From the NCBI GenBank assembly GCA_035529595.1, contig DATKWK010000039.1, positions 14,751 to 78,750 of the forward strand: 64,000 nt of DNA, written 5' to 3'. Each line of letters starts with the position of its first letter. The stretch's first letter is position 1. The DNA comes from Candidatus Bathyarchaeia archaeon. GTDB taxonomy: Bacteria; Patescibacteriota; Microgenomatia; PFEM01; JAFGMK01. Below the pieces are notes generated by a model, which searched no databases, was not told where the DNA came from, and saw only the letters and a list, made by a program, of their open reading frames with translations. Below are positions 36,991 to 45,494 of the stretch, piece by piece. Made by a program: the position numbers and the translations under genes.

Positions 36991-37725
36991 TTGAAAAGAT
37001 TATCTTTGACCAAGTTTTTTGCCAAATTCCGCTTTCAGCTGAAAGATTTCGGACAAGGGCTGGAACTGGTTAACCTAAGGGAAATCCAGAATTTAAGAAA
37101 AGTTTTTGGCTACTTTTCTTTTCTTCTTCTTGTTTGGGGTCTTTACCGGTATCTTGTCAAACTCCCGGAAAATGTCGAAGAATTAATTTTAAAGCCCGTA
37201 ATTTGGCTTGGCTCTTTAGTTTGGATGGTAAAAAGAGTAGAAAAAAAACCGTTTTCCTCTTTAGGCCTAACGTTTAAGAATTGGTCAAAGGGTCTAATCT
37301 GGGGCATGGGCCTGGGGTTATTATTTTCCCTTGAAGGCTTTTTACTCGTATTTCTTAAAAATAACCTAATCTCTTTATCCTCATCTTGCTTTTTCTGCTC
37401 TCAATTCCATCAGATTCTTTTAGCGGCGCTGATAACCGGTTTCACGGAAGAGTTAGTATTCAGGGGTTTTTTCTTTGACCGTCTACAGAATATTTATAAA
37501 AAAGAATGGCAGGCTAATTTAACCGCTTCGATTCTTTTTGCCTTGATCCATCTGCCGATCACTATCTTTGTCCTCAAATATAATTTTCCCCAACTATTAG
37601 CTTATGGATTTATTGTTTTTACCTACAGCTTAGGAGCCGGCTTTGCTTTTGCTCGTAGTAAGACTATTCTTGCTCCAGTAATTCTTCATTTTCTGTGGAG
37701 GTGGCCGGTACTGTTTTTCGGATAA
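36991..37725 (+). CDS. CPBP-family intramembrane metalloprotease (CAAX protease/Abi-like)
   Basis: 'FTEELVFRGFFF' (EExxxR), 'FALIHL' and C-terminal 'HFLWR'-type motif. Confidence 0.65.
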   Translation: MKRLSLTKFFAKFRFQLKDFGQGLELVNLREIQNLRKVFGYFSFLLLVWGLYRYLVKLPENVEELILKPVIWLGSLVWMVKRVEKKPFSSLGLTFKNWSKGLIWGMGLGLLFSLEGFLLVFLKNNLISLSSSCFFCSQFHQILLAALITGFTEELVFRGFFFDRLQNIYKKEWQANLTASILFALIHLPITIFVLKYNFPQLLAYGFIVFTYSLGAGFAFARSKTILAPVILHFLWRWPVLFFG

Positions 37726-37813
37726 GGTGTTAACTTTGCTTTCTTTGGTATAATTAGAGCAAATAGAGAGAAGAAAACTTGGCGTTGAAGGCGGCAAAAA
37801 GTCTATTTAAGGA

Positions 37814-38476
37814 TTGGAGAGTATAATCAGATTTATGATTAAGAGGGCAGTCTCAATTGCAGTAGTTCTTTTTCTGGCTTTCTCAATTTTAGGCGTTTCT
37901 ATTCTTAAAACTTCGGCCCAGACGGGCGGTTCTTGGTTAGATTCGTCACTTATCGCCTCACCATCCGGTCAGTTGTTGGTCGAGGAAGAGAGTCAAGCTA
38001 CAGGGACGACAGAAATAAAAGCAGTAGGACTCAAAGACGAAATTGACTATTCCCTTCCATATCCGGGAATTCTTCCCGGTCAGCCTCTTTATTTCTTAAA
38101 AATGATTCGGGATCAAATTGAGTTGTTTTTGACAACAGAACCTTTAAAGAAAGCGGAAAAACTGTTATTGTTTGCTGATAAAAGAATTAGTGCTGCCAGA
38201 GTATTGGTAGAAGCCGGTAAAGCGGATTTAGCCTTGTCAACCGCCACTAAGGCAGAAAAATATTTAGAAAGAACAGTTAATCAGGCAGCAAAGGCAAGAC
38301 AGGAGGGTTTCAATATTTATTTGTTTCTGGAAAGGTTGACAAAAGCCACGGCTAAACATGAGGAAGTTTTATTGGGAATGAAGGAAAGAATCGGGGATAA
38401 AGAGGAAATCTTTAATCAACTCCTTAATTATTCAAAGCAAGGATCAGACCAGATTAAGCAGTTATTGGAAGATTGA
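37814..38476 (+). CDS. secreted hypothetical protein (signal peptide plus helical repeats)
   Basis: N-terminal signal/TM segment, then an Ala/Lys/Glu-rich helical region. Confidence 0.4.
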   Translation: MESIIRFMIKRAVSIAVVLFLAFSILGVSILKTSAQTGGSWLDSSLIASPSGQLLVEEESQATGTTEIKAVGLKDEIDYSLPYPGILPGQPLYFLKMIRDQIELFLTTEPLKKAEKLLLFADKRISAARVLVEAGKADLALSTATKAEKYLERTVNQAAKARQEGFNIYLFLERLTKATAKHEEVLLGMKERIGDKEEIFNQLLNYSKQGSDQIKQLLED

Positions 38477-38697
38477 CTAATAATAGCTTAACAAAGTGTC
38501 ACTTCTCTTTGAATGTTTTTTGAGAGCTGGATTTTTTCTGCTGATCTATTATGAGTTGTTTATATCGCCTTGACATGTTTTCTAAGCAGTCTGTTATGAT
38601 AGCACTACTTTCTTAACTTTCAAAAAAGGGCAGACAGAACTGTAAGTTAAGGATCCTTTAACGGTCAATATTTATCTGTTTCTTTTAGAGGTATTTT

Positions 38698-40590
38698 GTG
38701 GCGTCAATAAAAACCAAGATTGATCCAACTGATTTTGCCAGAATCGGCAGTATTAACGGTACTGGGGAAAATACGATCATTAGCTTAGATGAGATTGGTG
38801 ATATCATTACTTCTGAAGGCAGTAAAGATGATGCTAACAAGATTAATACGCCTGAAGGAACTTCTTTTACTCTCTCCGAGTTCTTGAAAAAGGAATACGC
38901 CTTAAGAAAAGTATTTTCAAAACCAGTTGCCGAAGCTCATCGCAAGGGTGACATTATGTTGCATAAGCTCGGTTTTATCGATCGGCCTTATTGTTCGGGT
39001 CAGAGCCTTGAGTATGTGAAGAAATTTGGTCTTACTCACTATGCTTCTTTTGCAGCAGTGAAACCGGCCGGTCGTATTGAAGCACTGATTGACCATATGA
39101 TGAGAATGACAATGGCACTTCGGGCTCATTTTGGTGGGGCGATTGGTTGGGACGCTTTAAATATGTATATGGCTCCTTATTTGGGAGGAATAGGAGATCG
39201 GGATATCCGGCAGATTGCTCAAACAATCATTTATGGGTTTAATCAAACAGTTGGGCCTCATGGAGGCCAACCCGTCTTTTCCGATATTAACCTCTATTGG
39301 GAGATCCCTGATCATTTTGCTAATGTGCCGGCGATTGGTCCCCGAGGGGAATATACTGGTCGGACGTACAAAGATTATATCAAAGAGTCACAAGCTCTAG
39401 TTTGGCAGCTTTTAAACATTTATAAAAAAGGCGATGCTAAAGGTAAGCCTTTTTTCTGGCCTAAACCTAATATCCATATTACTAAAAAATTCTGGCAAAC
39501 ACCCGGTCACGAGCAATTTTTAGAGCATGTTTGTGACGTGGCTTCTAAAATGGGGAACCCTTATTTTATTTTTGATCGCGGATCAACGGCCAAGATTTCT
39601 GAATGTTGTCGTCTACAATTCGAGCTCTCTAAAGAAGATCTAAAAGATGCGCGCAAACCGTGGCGGATGCGTTATGCCGCCTGCCCTTATTTGGGGGTTA
39701 ATCTGCCAAGAATTGCCTATGAAGCCGGTCATGACGATCAGAAGTTTTTTGAGATTCTGGGAAGGAGACTGGAACTACTGACCCAAGCCCATCTTCAAAA
39801 ATACCGTTTCTTGAAGAAGCTATTTATGATGGGTTCAGCAGGTCCTTTGGGGATGTTGACGCTTCGGGCTAAGGGGGATTCAGAAACGTATCTACGGATA
39901 GAAAAGTTGAGTTTCATGAATGCAGTCGGTGGTCTTTCTGATGCCTGTAAGTATCATTTAGGAAAGGCAATTCACGAGTCTGGTCAAGCATTCAAATTTG
40001 GTTTGAAGGTGGTCGCTTTTATGAAAAAGAAATGTGATGAAGAAAGTAATAAAGCTGGAATTAAGATTCTTTTGGATCAGGAACCGGCTGAGTCGGCAAT
40101 GTACCGTTTCGCCAAGCTGGATCTTTTATATTTCCCCGAGCAAGCAAAAAAAATTGTTCATGGTGATCTAAAAAAAGGCGAAATTTATTATACCAATTCA
40201 AGCCAGTTAGATGTCGATGCCGATGTTGATATTTTTGAAAGAATTGAAACCGAAGGAAAGTTTCATTCAATGTTGCAAGGAGGAGCGTTGACTCATATTT
40301 GGTTAGGAGAATCGCGGCCGTCGCCTCGATCCATGGCCCGGTTGGTAAAAAAGGTTTTCGACGAGACTCAGAACGTCCAAGTGGCTTTTAGTCCCGAGTT
40401 TACTATCTGTAATGATTGCGGATGGACAACTCGGGGAATAAAGAAACGATGTCATTTTTGCCAAAGCAGGCAAGTCGATTGGATTACCCGCATCACTGGT
40501 TATTATTCCTTTGTTAAGCTCTGGAACCGAGGCAAGAGGGGAGAGTTGAGGGATCGGAGAAGAGAAAAAAATTACCGTTTCAAAAAATGA
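38698..40590 (+). CDS. nrdD: anaerobic ribonucleoside-triphosphate reductase (class III), copy 1, no ATP-cone
   Basis: C-terminal Zn ribbon 'CNDCG...CHFCQS'; glycyl-radical motif 'TRITGYYS'; 'CCRL' active-site region. GTG start. Confidence 0.85.
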   Translation: MASIKTKIDPTDFARIGSINGTGENTIISLDEIGDIITSEGSKDDANKINTPEGTSFTLSEFLKKEYALRKVFSKPVAEAHRKGDIMLHKLGFIDRPYCSGQSLEYVKKFGLTHYASFAAVKPAGRIEALIDHMMRMTMALRAHFGGAIGWDALNMYMAPYLGGIGDRDIRQIAQTIIYGFNQTVGPHGGQPVFSDINLYWEIPDHFANVPAIGPRGEYTGRTYKDYIKESQALVWQLLNIYKKGDAKGKPFFWPKPNIHITKKFWQTPGHEQFLEHVCDVASKMGNPYFIFDRGSTAKISECCRLQFELSKEDLKDARKPWRMRYAACPYLGVNLPRIAYEAGHDDQKFFEILGRRLELLTQAHLQKYRFLKKLFMMGSAGPLGMLTLRAKGDSETYLRIEKLSFMNAVGGLSDACKYHLGKAIHESGQAFKFGLKVVAFMKKKCDEESNKAGIKILLDQEPAESAMYRFAKLDLLYFPEQAKKIVHGDLKKGEIYYTNSSQLDVDADVDIFERIETEGKFHSMLQGGALTHIWLGESRPSPRSMARLVKKVFDETQNVQVAFSPEFTICNDCGWTTRGIKKRCHFCQSRQVDWITRITGYYSFVKLWNRGKRGELRDRRREKNYRFKK

Positions 40591-42692
40591 ATAGAAAAGT
40601 TCTAAAAACATATAGAGAAAAACGCGACGAAGTCTTGGACCGGGTGATGAATGTTCGAACGAGTGAGGATGAGTTGCGCAAATGGGATCACCAGGCGATC
40701 ATTCGGTCTTTAAAAACTGAGCTTGGTCCGGTTGATGGGCTTTGGGAGGAGATCGCTAAAAAAATTGAGCTTGATTTGAATAGAATGGGAGTCGAAACGA
40801 TTACCGCGCCGCTGATTCGTGAATTAGTTTGTGTTGAGCTGCTTCGTCGGGGAATGGAAAAAGAGTATAAAAAGTACCAGCGCCTTGGCGTACCCATTTA
40901 TGATGTCGACAATATTATTTTTACTCACAATACCGCCCGTTCTTCTAATAATCCTCATACACCGGAGACTACTAATCTGACCTTAGCCGAGTCAATTAAA
41001 AAAGATTATGCTTTATCAAGGATTTTTTCGCCGTCAGTTGCCGAAGCTCATCTTAAAGGTGATTTTCATCTGCATAAACTCGACTTTCCTGACCGGCCTT
41101 ATTGCTGTGGCAACAGCCTAGAATACGTCAAAAAATATGGCTTAAACACGGCTGCCTCCTTGGCAATTGCCAAACCGGCAAAACATGCCGATGTATTGAT
41201 TCTTCATATGATTAAATTTTCCTGTATGCTTCAAGTACACTTTTCCGGAGCTATTGGTTGGGAAGCGGTGAATATTTTTTTAGCCCCTTTTCTCGTCGGA
41301 GCAAGCGATCATGACTTAGAAGCCTTAGCTCAGCTTTTGATTTATGAATTCAACATGCAGAATGTAGCCAAAGGCGGCCAGGCAGTATTTTCTGATATTA
41401 ATCTTTACTGGGAGGTTCCGGATCACTACCGAAAAACACCGGCGATCGGACCGGGTGGAAAATATACCGGTAAAACCTACGGTGACTACCAGAAAGAGTC
41501 TCAACGGTTTTTGACTGCCCTGATGAAAGTTTATCTAAAAGGAGATGCCAGCGAACGGCCTTTTTTTTGGCCTAAACCGAACTTTCATATGACCGAAAAG
41601 TTTTGGCAATCTCCCGGCCATGAAGAGTTTTTAGAACTGGCTAGTACCGTCGCCGCCGAAAAGGGTAATACCGAATTTTTCTTTGACCGTGGTTCGTCGG
41701 TACGAATCTCTCAGTGTTGCCGGCTTTCATTTAAACTAAGCGAAGCGGAACTGGTGCAAACCAGACACCCGGAAAGAATGCGGCAAGCTTCGGGGCAATT
41801 TATTTCTCTGTTTCTGCCGCGGATTGCTTATGAAGCTTGTGGTTCAGAAAGAAAACTCTTTTCTATTCTAGGCAAAAGAATGGAGTTGGCTGCTAAAGCG
41901 CATCGTCAAAAGCATCGCTTTTTGTCTCGTTTGTTGGAGATGGGGATTGAAGGGCCGCTGTCGGCTTTATCTACAAAACAGAAGGACGACCCCGAGCCTT
42001 ACTATCGCCTTAAGAATTCGGTTTATCTTTTTACAATCGCCGGACTTAACGAGATGATTCAGTACCATACCGGTCAGGAACTTCACCAATCCGATCAGGC
42101 CTTAAAAATGGGTTTAAAAGTAATCAGCTTCATGAATAAAAAATGTACAGAGTTAGCCGGGAGGTATAAAATGCGTTTTGCCTTGGAACAATCGCCGATG
42201 GAAGGAACTTGTTATCGGATTGCTAAGCTTGATCTGAAATATTTTCCAAATCAAGCAAGTAAGGTAGTGAAAGGTAATTTAAATACAGGAGCAGTTTACT
42301 ACACTAATTCTTCTCAACTTAATAATAGTGTCAATATCGATCCGGTAGAAAGGGTTTACAAAGAAGGTCTTTTCCATCCTTTAATTGATGCCGGGGCAAT
42401 GACTCATATTTGGATTGGCGAACAGCAACCTTCCGCTTTAAGCATCGCCAGTTTCGTTAAAAAAACTTTTTACAATACGCGCAATGAATTGATTGCCTTT
42501 TCTCCGGAATTCAGTTTTTGTGGTGATTGCCGAAAAACCAGCCGGGGTTTGGTTAAAAAGTGCTTATTCTGTGGTTCGCAGGACATTGATCATGCCACTA
42601 GGGTTTCCGGCTTTTTTTCACTTACTTCAAGATGGAACAAGGGCAAAATCCAGGAATTAGAAGACAGATATCGGAATGAGGAAAGGTTTTAA
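40587..42692 (+). CDS. nrdD: anaerobic ribonucleoside-triphosphate reductase (class III), copy 2, with a degenerate N-terminal ATP-cone-like extension
   Basis: Clear paralog of copy 1 ('FSPSVAEAHLKGDFHLHKLDFPDRPYCCGNSLEYVKKYGL'); 'CGDC...CLFCGS'; radical motif 'TRVSGFFS'. The ATG overlaps the copy-1 stop (ATGA). Confidence 0.85.
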   Translation: MNRKVLKTYREKRDEVLDRVMNVRTSEDELRKWDHQAIIRSLKTELGPVDGLWEEIAKKIELDLNRMGVETITAPLIRELVCVELLRRGMEKEYKKYQRLGVPIYDVDNIIFTHNTARSSNNPHTPETTNLTLAESIKKDYALSRIFSPSVAEAHLKGDFHLHKLDFPDRPYCCGNSLEYVKKYGLNTAASLAIAKPAKHADVLILHMIKFSCMLQVHFSGAIGWEAVNIFLAPFLVGASDHDLEALAQLLIYEFNMQNVAKGGQAVFSDINLYWEVPDHYRKTPAIGPGGKYTGKTYGDYQKESQRFLTALMKVYLKGDASERPFFWPKPNFHMTEKFWQSPGHEEFLELASTVAAEKGNTEFFFDRGSSVRISQCCRLSFKLSEAELVQTRHPERMRQASGQFISLFLPRIAYEACGSERKLFSILGKRMELAAKAHRQKHRFLSRLLEMGIEGPLSALSTKQKDDPEPYYRLKNSVYLFTIAGLNEMIQYHTGQELHQSDQALKMGLKVISFMNKKCTELAGRYKMRFALEQSPMEGTCYRIAKLDLKYFPNQASKVVKGNLNTGAVYYTNSSQLNNSVNIDPVERVYKEGLFHPLIDAGAMTHIWIGEQQPSALSIASFVKKTFYNTRNELIAFSPEFSFCGDCRKTSRGLVKKCLFCGSQDIDHATRVSGFFSLTSRWNKGKIQELEDRYRNEERF

Positions 42693-42694
42693 GG

Positions 42695-42979
42695 ATGATT
42701 ATAAAAATTTTTACCCAACCGGATTGTCCTAATTGCCCACCGGCTAAAACGCTGGGTAAGCAAATTGAGTCAGAAATGAAAAGAAGCAGGTGGCCCGGAT
42801 TGACAATTGACTGGTTTGATACTACCGAAGTGGACGGTATGGCAGAGGCGGCTTTCTATCAGGTGATGGGAACGCCAACGGTTCTTCTTATTGATGATAA
42901 AGGGGGAATAGTAGCAGAATGGCGCAGCAAGGTGCCTGAGAAACAAGAGATCCTTTCTAATTTAGGATTAAAGGAATAA
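42695..42979 (+). CDS. glutaredoxin/NrdH-like thioredoxin-fold protein
   Basis: 'CPNC' active site near the N-terminus and 'GTPTVLL' cis-Pro region. Confidence 0.6.
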   Translation: MIIKIFTQPDCPNCPPAKTLGKQIESEMKRSRWPGLTIDWFDTTEVDGMAEAAFYQVMGTPTVLLIDDKGGIVAEWRSKVPEKQEILSNLGLKE

Positions 42980-43032
42980 ATAGTTTCATTAAAAGAGACA
43001 GCTTAAATTTTCCATAAGGCTATGCGTTCTCA

Positions 43033-43872
43033 TTAGCTTAGCAGATAGCGGAATTCTTCCAACTTTTTCTCTTCAAATTCGACCCTTTTAGCCTTGACTT
43101 TTCTAAAGACAACCGGGTTTGTTTTGGTAATTTTGAAATATTTAACCGGCAAGCCTTGTTCCTTTTTCATTTTTATTTCTGCCAGAACCCCGTCGCTGAT
43201 TTCTCCAAAAACCCAAACTTCATCACTGATTCTGATAATATTGCCGTTGGCGATATAAACAGGGTTACGGGGTGTTACTGTATCGCAGAAGAAATAAGTG
43301 AATAACATCGACGGATTTAAAGGAACCTTCTTTTTCTGAAGGCAAAATTTACTGATTTGCATTTCTGCGTAGAAATTTCTTTTTGAAATTGCCGTGTAAA
43401 CAATTGGGTATGTTTTTTTGAACCTTAATCTCGGATGCCATCTTTCCAGATTTTTTCCATTTTTAATCCACTGCCACATCCATCGGGATATGTCTTCAAG
43501 CCTTACGTCGTTTTGGGAGATTTCTTTAAAGTTTGCCGTTTCATCGTCAAAACTATAGTAATGTATAGGTTTTTGGTACTTTTTAGCAAAGTAAATTTCT
43601 ACCAAAACCCCGTCGCTGATTTCTCCGAAAACCCAGACCTCATCGCATTTTTTAATCATGGTGTTATTGGCAATTCTTGTTAAGTCTTTACTTATAGCTC
43701 CGGCGAGATGATAATCAAGATTTAAAAACGAATTTATTGGAGTTTGTTTTTGATTGAGAACAAAAATGCTGATTTGGGAACGAAAATAGAAATTTCTTTT
43801 TGAAATTGCCGTGTAGATTAATTTGTTATTTTGCTGCAAGTTTAACGAGTGATGTTTATAATTTCTGGCCAT
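43033..43872 (-). CDS. internally duplicated protein with two nucleoside-2-deoxyribosyltransferase-like/DUF4406-like domains
   Basis: Two ~135-aa repeats each carry 'YTAISKRNFY...' and 'DEVWVFGEISDGVL(V/A)EI...(K/G)(P/L)(I/V)(H/K)Y(Y/F)'. The underlying DNA repeats are 28-44 nt near-identical blocks about 425 bp apart. Confidence 0.4.
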   Translation of the reverse strand: MARNYKHHSLNLQQNNKLIYTAISKRNFYFRSQISIFVLNQKQTPINSFLNLDYHLAGAISKDLTRIANNTMIKKCDEVWVFGEISDGVLVEIYFAKKYQKPIHYYSFDDETANFKEISQNDVRLEDISRWMWQWIKNGKNLERWHPRLRFKKTYPIVYTAISKRNFYAEMQISKFCLQKKKVPLNPSMLFTYFFCDTVTPRNPVYIANGNIIRISDEVWVFGEISDGVLAEIKMKKEQGLPVKYFKITKTNPVVFRKVKAKRVEFEEKKLEEFRYLLS

Positions 43873-43986
43873 AGAGTATTATTGATTAATAGATTCTTGG
43901 ACCAAGAATATTAAATTATTTTAATCTTGTCAACAGTTAGCCTTTTTTTGTTAGTTGCCGTTGGACCAAAATAAGTATATTAATTT

Positions 43987-44748
43987 ATGAGGATTGCAGG
44001 ATATCTAAGAACCTCTCTCATCGAATGGCCGGGAAATATTAGCGCCGTAATTTTTGTTCCAGGCTGCAATTTCCGTTGTCCTTTTTGTCATAACCGAGAT
44101 TTGGTGATAAGTAAGAAAGTAACCAGATTACAGAACTACAAAGAAAAAGAAGTGCTGACGGATTTGAGACAGCGAAAGAGGTGGATTGACGGAGTGGTAA
44201 TTACCGGTGGCGAACCGACTCTACAGACAGATTTATCCACCTTTTTAAAAGGTTTAAAAAGAGCTGGTTTTCTTACCATGATTGAGACTAATGGCTCTCG
44301 TCCGGAAGTCATTAAACAGTTGGTAAGGGAAGAGCTTGTTGATTTTTGGGCAATGGACTATAAAGCAATATTTTCAGACTATGAAAATGTGGTCAATATC
44401 AAAAAGGTAAAGAAAAAATTTAGAAAGAATGAGGCTCTAGGTTTGGTCAAAGCGGTTAAGAGATCAATGAGGCTGATTTTGAAATCTGGCTTACCTTGTG
44501 AATTTCGGACGACGGTAGTGCCGACGATTCATAATGAAAAAGTTTTGATTGAGATGGCCAAAGAGTTAAAACATCTCTTAGTCATTACCGACTGGTTATC
44601 ACCAGTCAAGTGGGTATTGCAGACTTTCCAGCCTAAAAATTGCCTTGATCAGAAATATAATAATATTAAACCCTGTACTCGAAAAAAAATGAAAGGTTTT
44701 TTAGCGCTGATACGGGAATATATTCCAGAAGCAAGACTTGGATTCTGA
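43987..44748 (+). CDS. nrdG: anaerobic ribonucleotide reductase-activating protein (radical SAM)
   Basis: 'GCNFRCPFCHN' (CxxxCxxC) and 'GVVITGGEPTLQ'. Confidence 0.8.
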   Translation: MRIAGYLRTSLIEWPGNISAVIFVPGCNFRCPFCHNRDLVISKKVTRLQNYKEKEVLTDLRQRKRWIDGVVITGGEPTLQTDLSTFLKGLKRAGFLTMIETNGSRPEVIKQLVREELVDFWAMDYKAIFSDYENVVNIKKVKKKFRKNEALGLVKAVKRSMRLILKSGLPCEFRTTVVPTIHNEKVLIEMAKELKHLLVITDWLSPVKWVLQTFQPKNCLDQKYNNIKPCTRKKMKGFLALIREYIPEARLGF

Positions 44749-45101
44749 AAATACTTGTTGACTAGGGTAGAGGGCTGTGCCACCATGAAAGATGTTTTTG
44801 CTTTTTGAATTTTGTAATTTTGAAACTCTTTAATTATGAAAAAGAACAAGATTAAGAATGGCACTTCTTTTTGGTGGGAGAAAGACAAGTCAAATCCAGA
44901 GAAATCCAGGCGAGGGCGGTTCAGAAAATTGGATTCGGTAAAAAAACTACTGGGCAGCCTTGAAAAGACAAGTAATGAATGAGATAAACGGCCGATACTT
45001 CTTTTTATCCTTTACCAATTGTTCTTCAATCGTGTTTTTACTATAATGACGATAACTAGATCTGATTTTATTTTAAGATCATTTAATTTTTTTAGTAATT
45101 T

Positions 45102-45488
45102 ATGGCAGCTACGGACAAAGAACTAGGAGTAGCCTCTCTGGAAACAAGGCGCAAGGTTATTAAACGGTTATTTGGGAAAGAGCGAAAATTTCCGGTGGTA
45201 GAAATTCCCCAAATACCCGAAATCCCACCGGAGATTGAAAAAGCACAGCCTGTTACCGGCGCAGCAACCCAACTGCCGCAAGCGGTTATTGATGATCAGA
45301 CCGGCCAAGTGCTTGTGAGCTCCCCTGGCGACCAAGGACAGATCGTCCTGCCTTTAACGGAAGAGGAAATAGAAAAAGGGCTGACTTATCAGGTTATTGA
45401 TTCGATCCGTTGGTTAGCCGAATGGTGTGTCCGGTTAGCTAAAAGGGTCGGATTAGTGATTAGACCAAAAAAAAGAAAGAAAGGTTAA
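45102..45488 (+). CDS. hypothetical protein
   Basis: -10-like 'tactataat' at ~45036; Pro/Glu-rich middle; no recognised motif. Confidence 0.35.
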   Translation: MAATDKELGVASLETRRKVIKRLFGKERKFPVVEIPQIPEIPPEIEKAQPVTGAATQLPQAVIDDQTGQVLVSSPGDQGQIVLPLTEEEIEKGLTYQVIDSIRWLAEWCVRLAKRVGLVIRPKKRKKG

Positions 45489-45494
45489 GGATAC

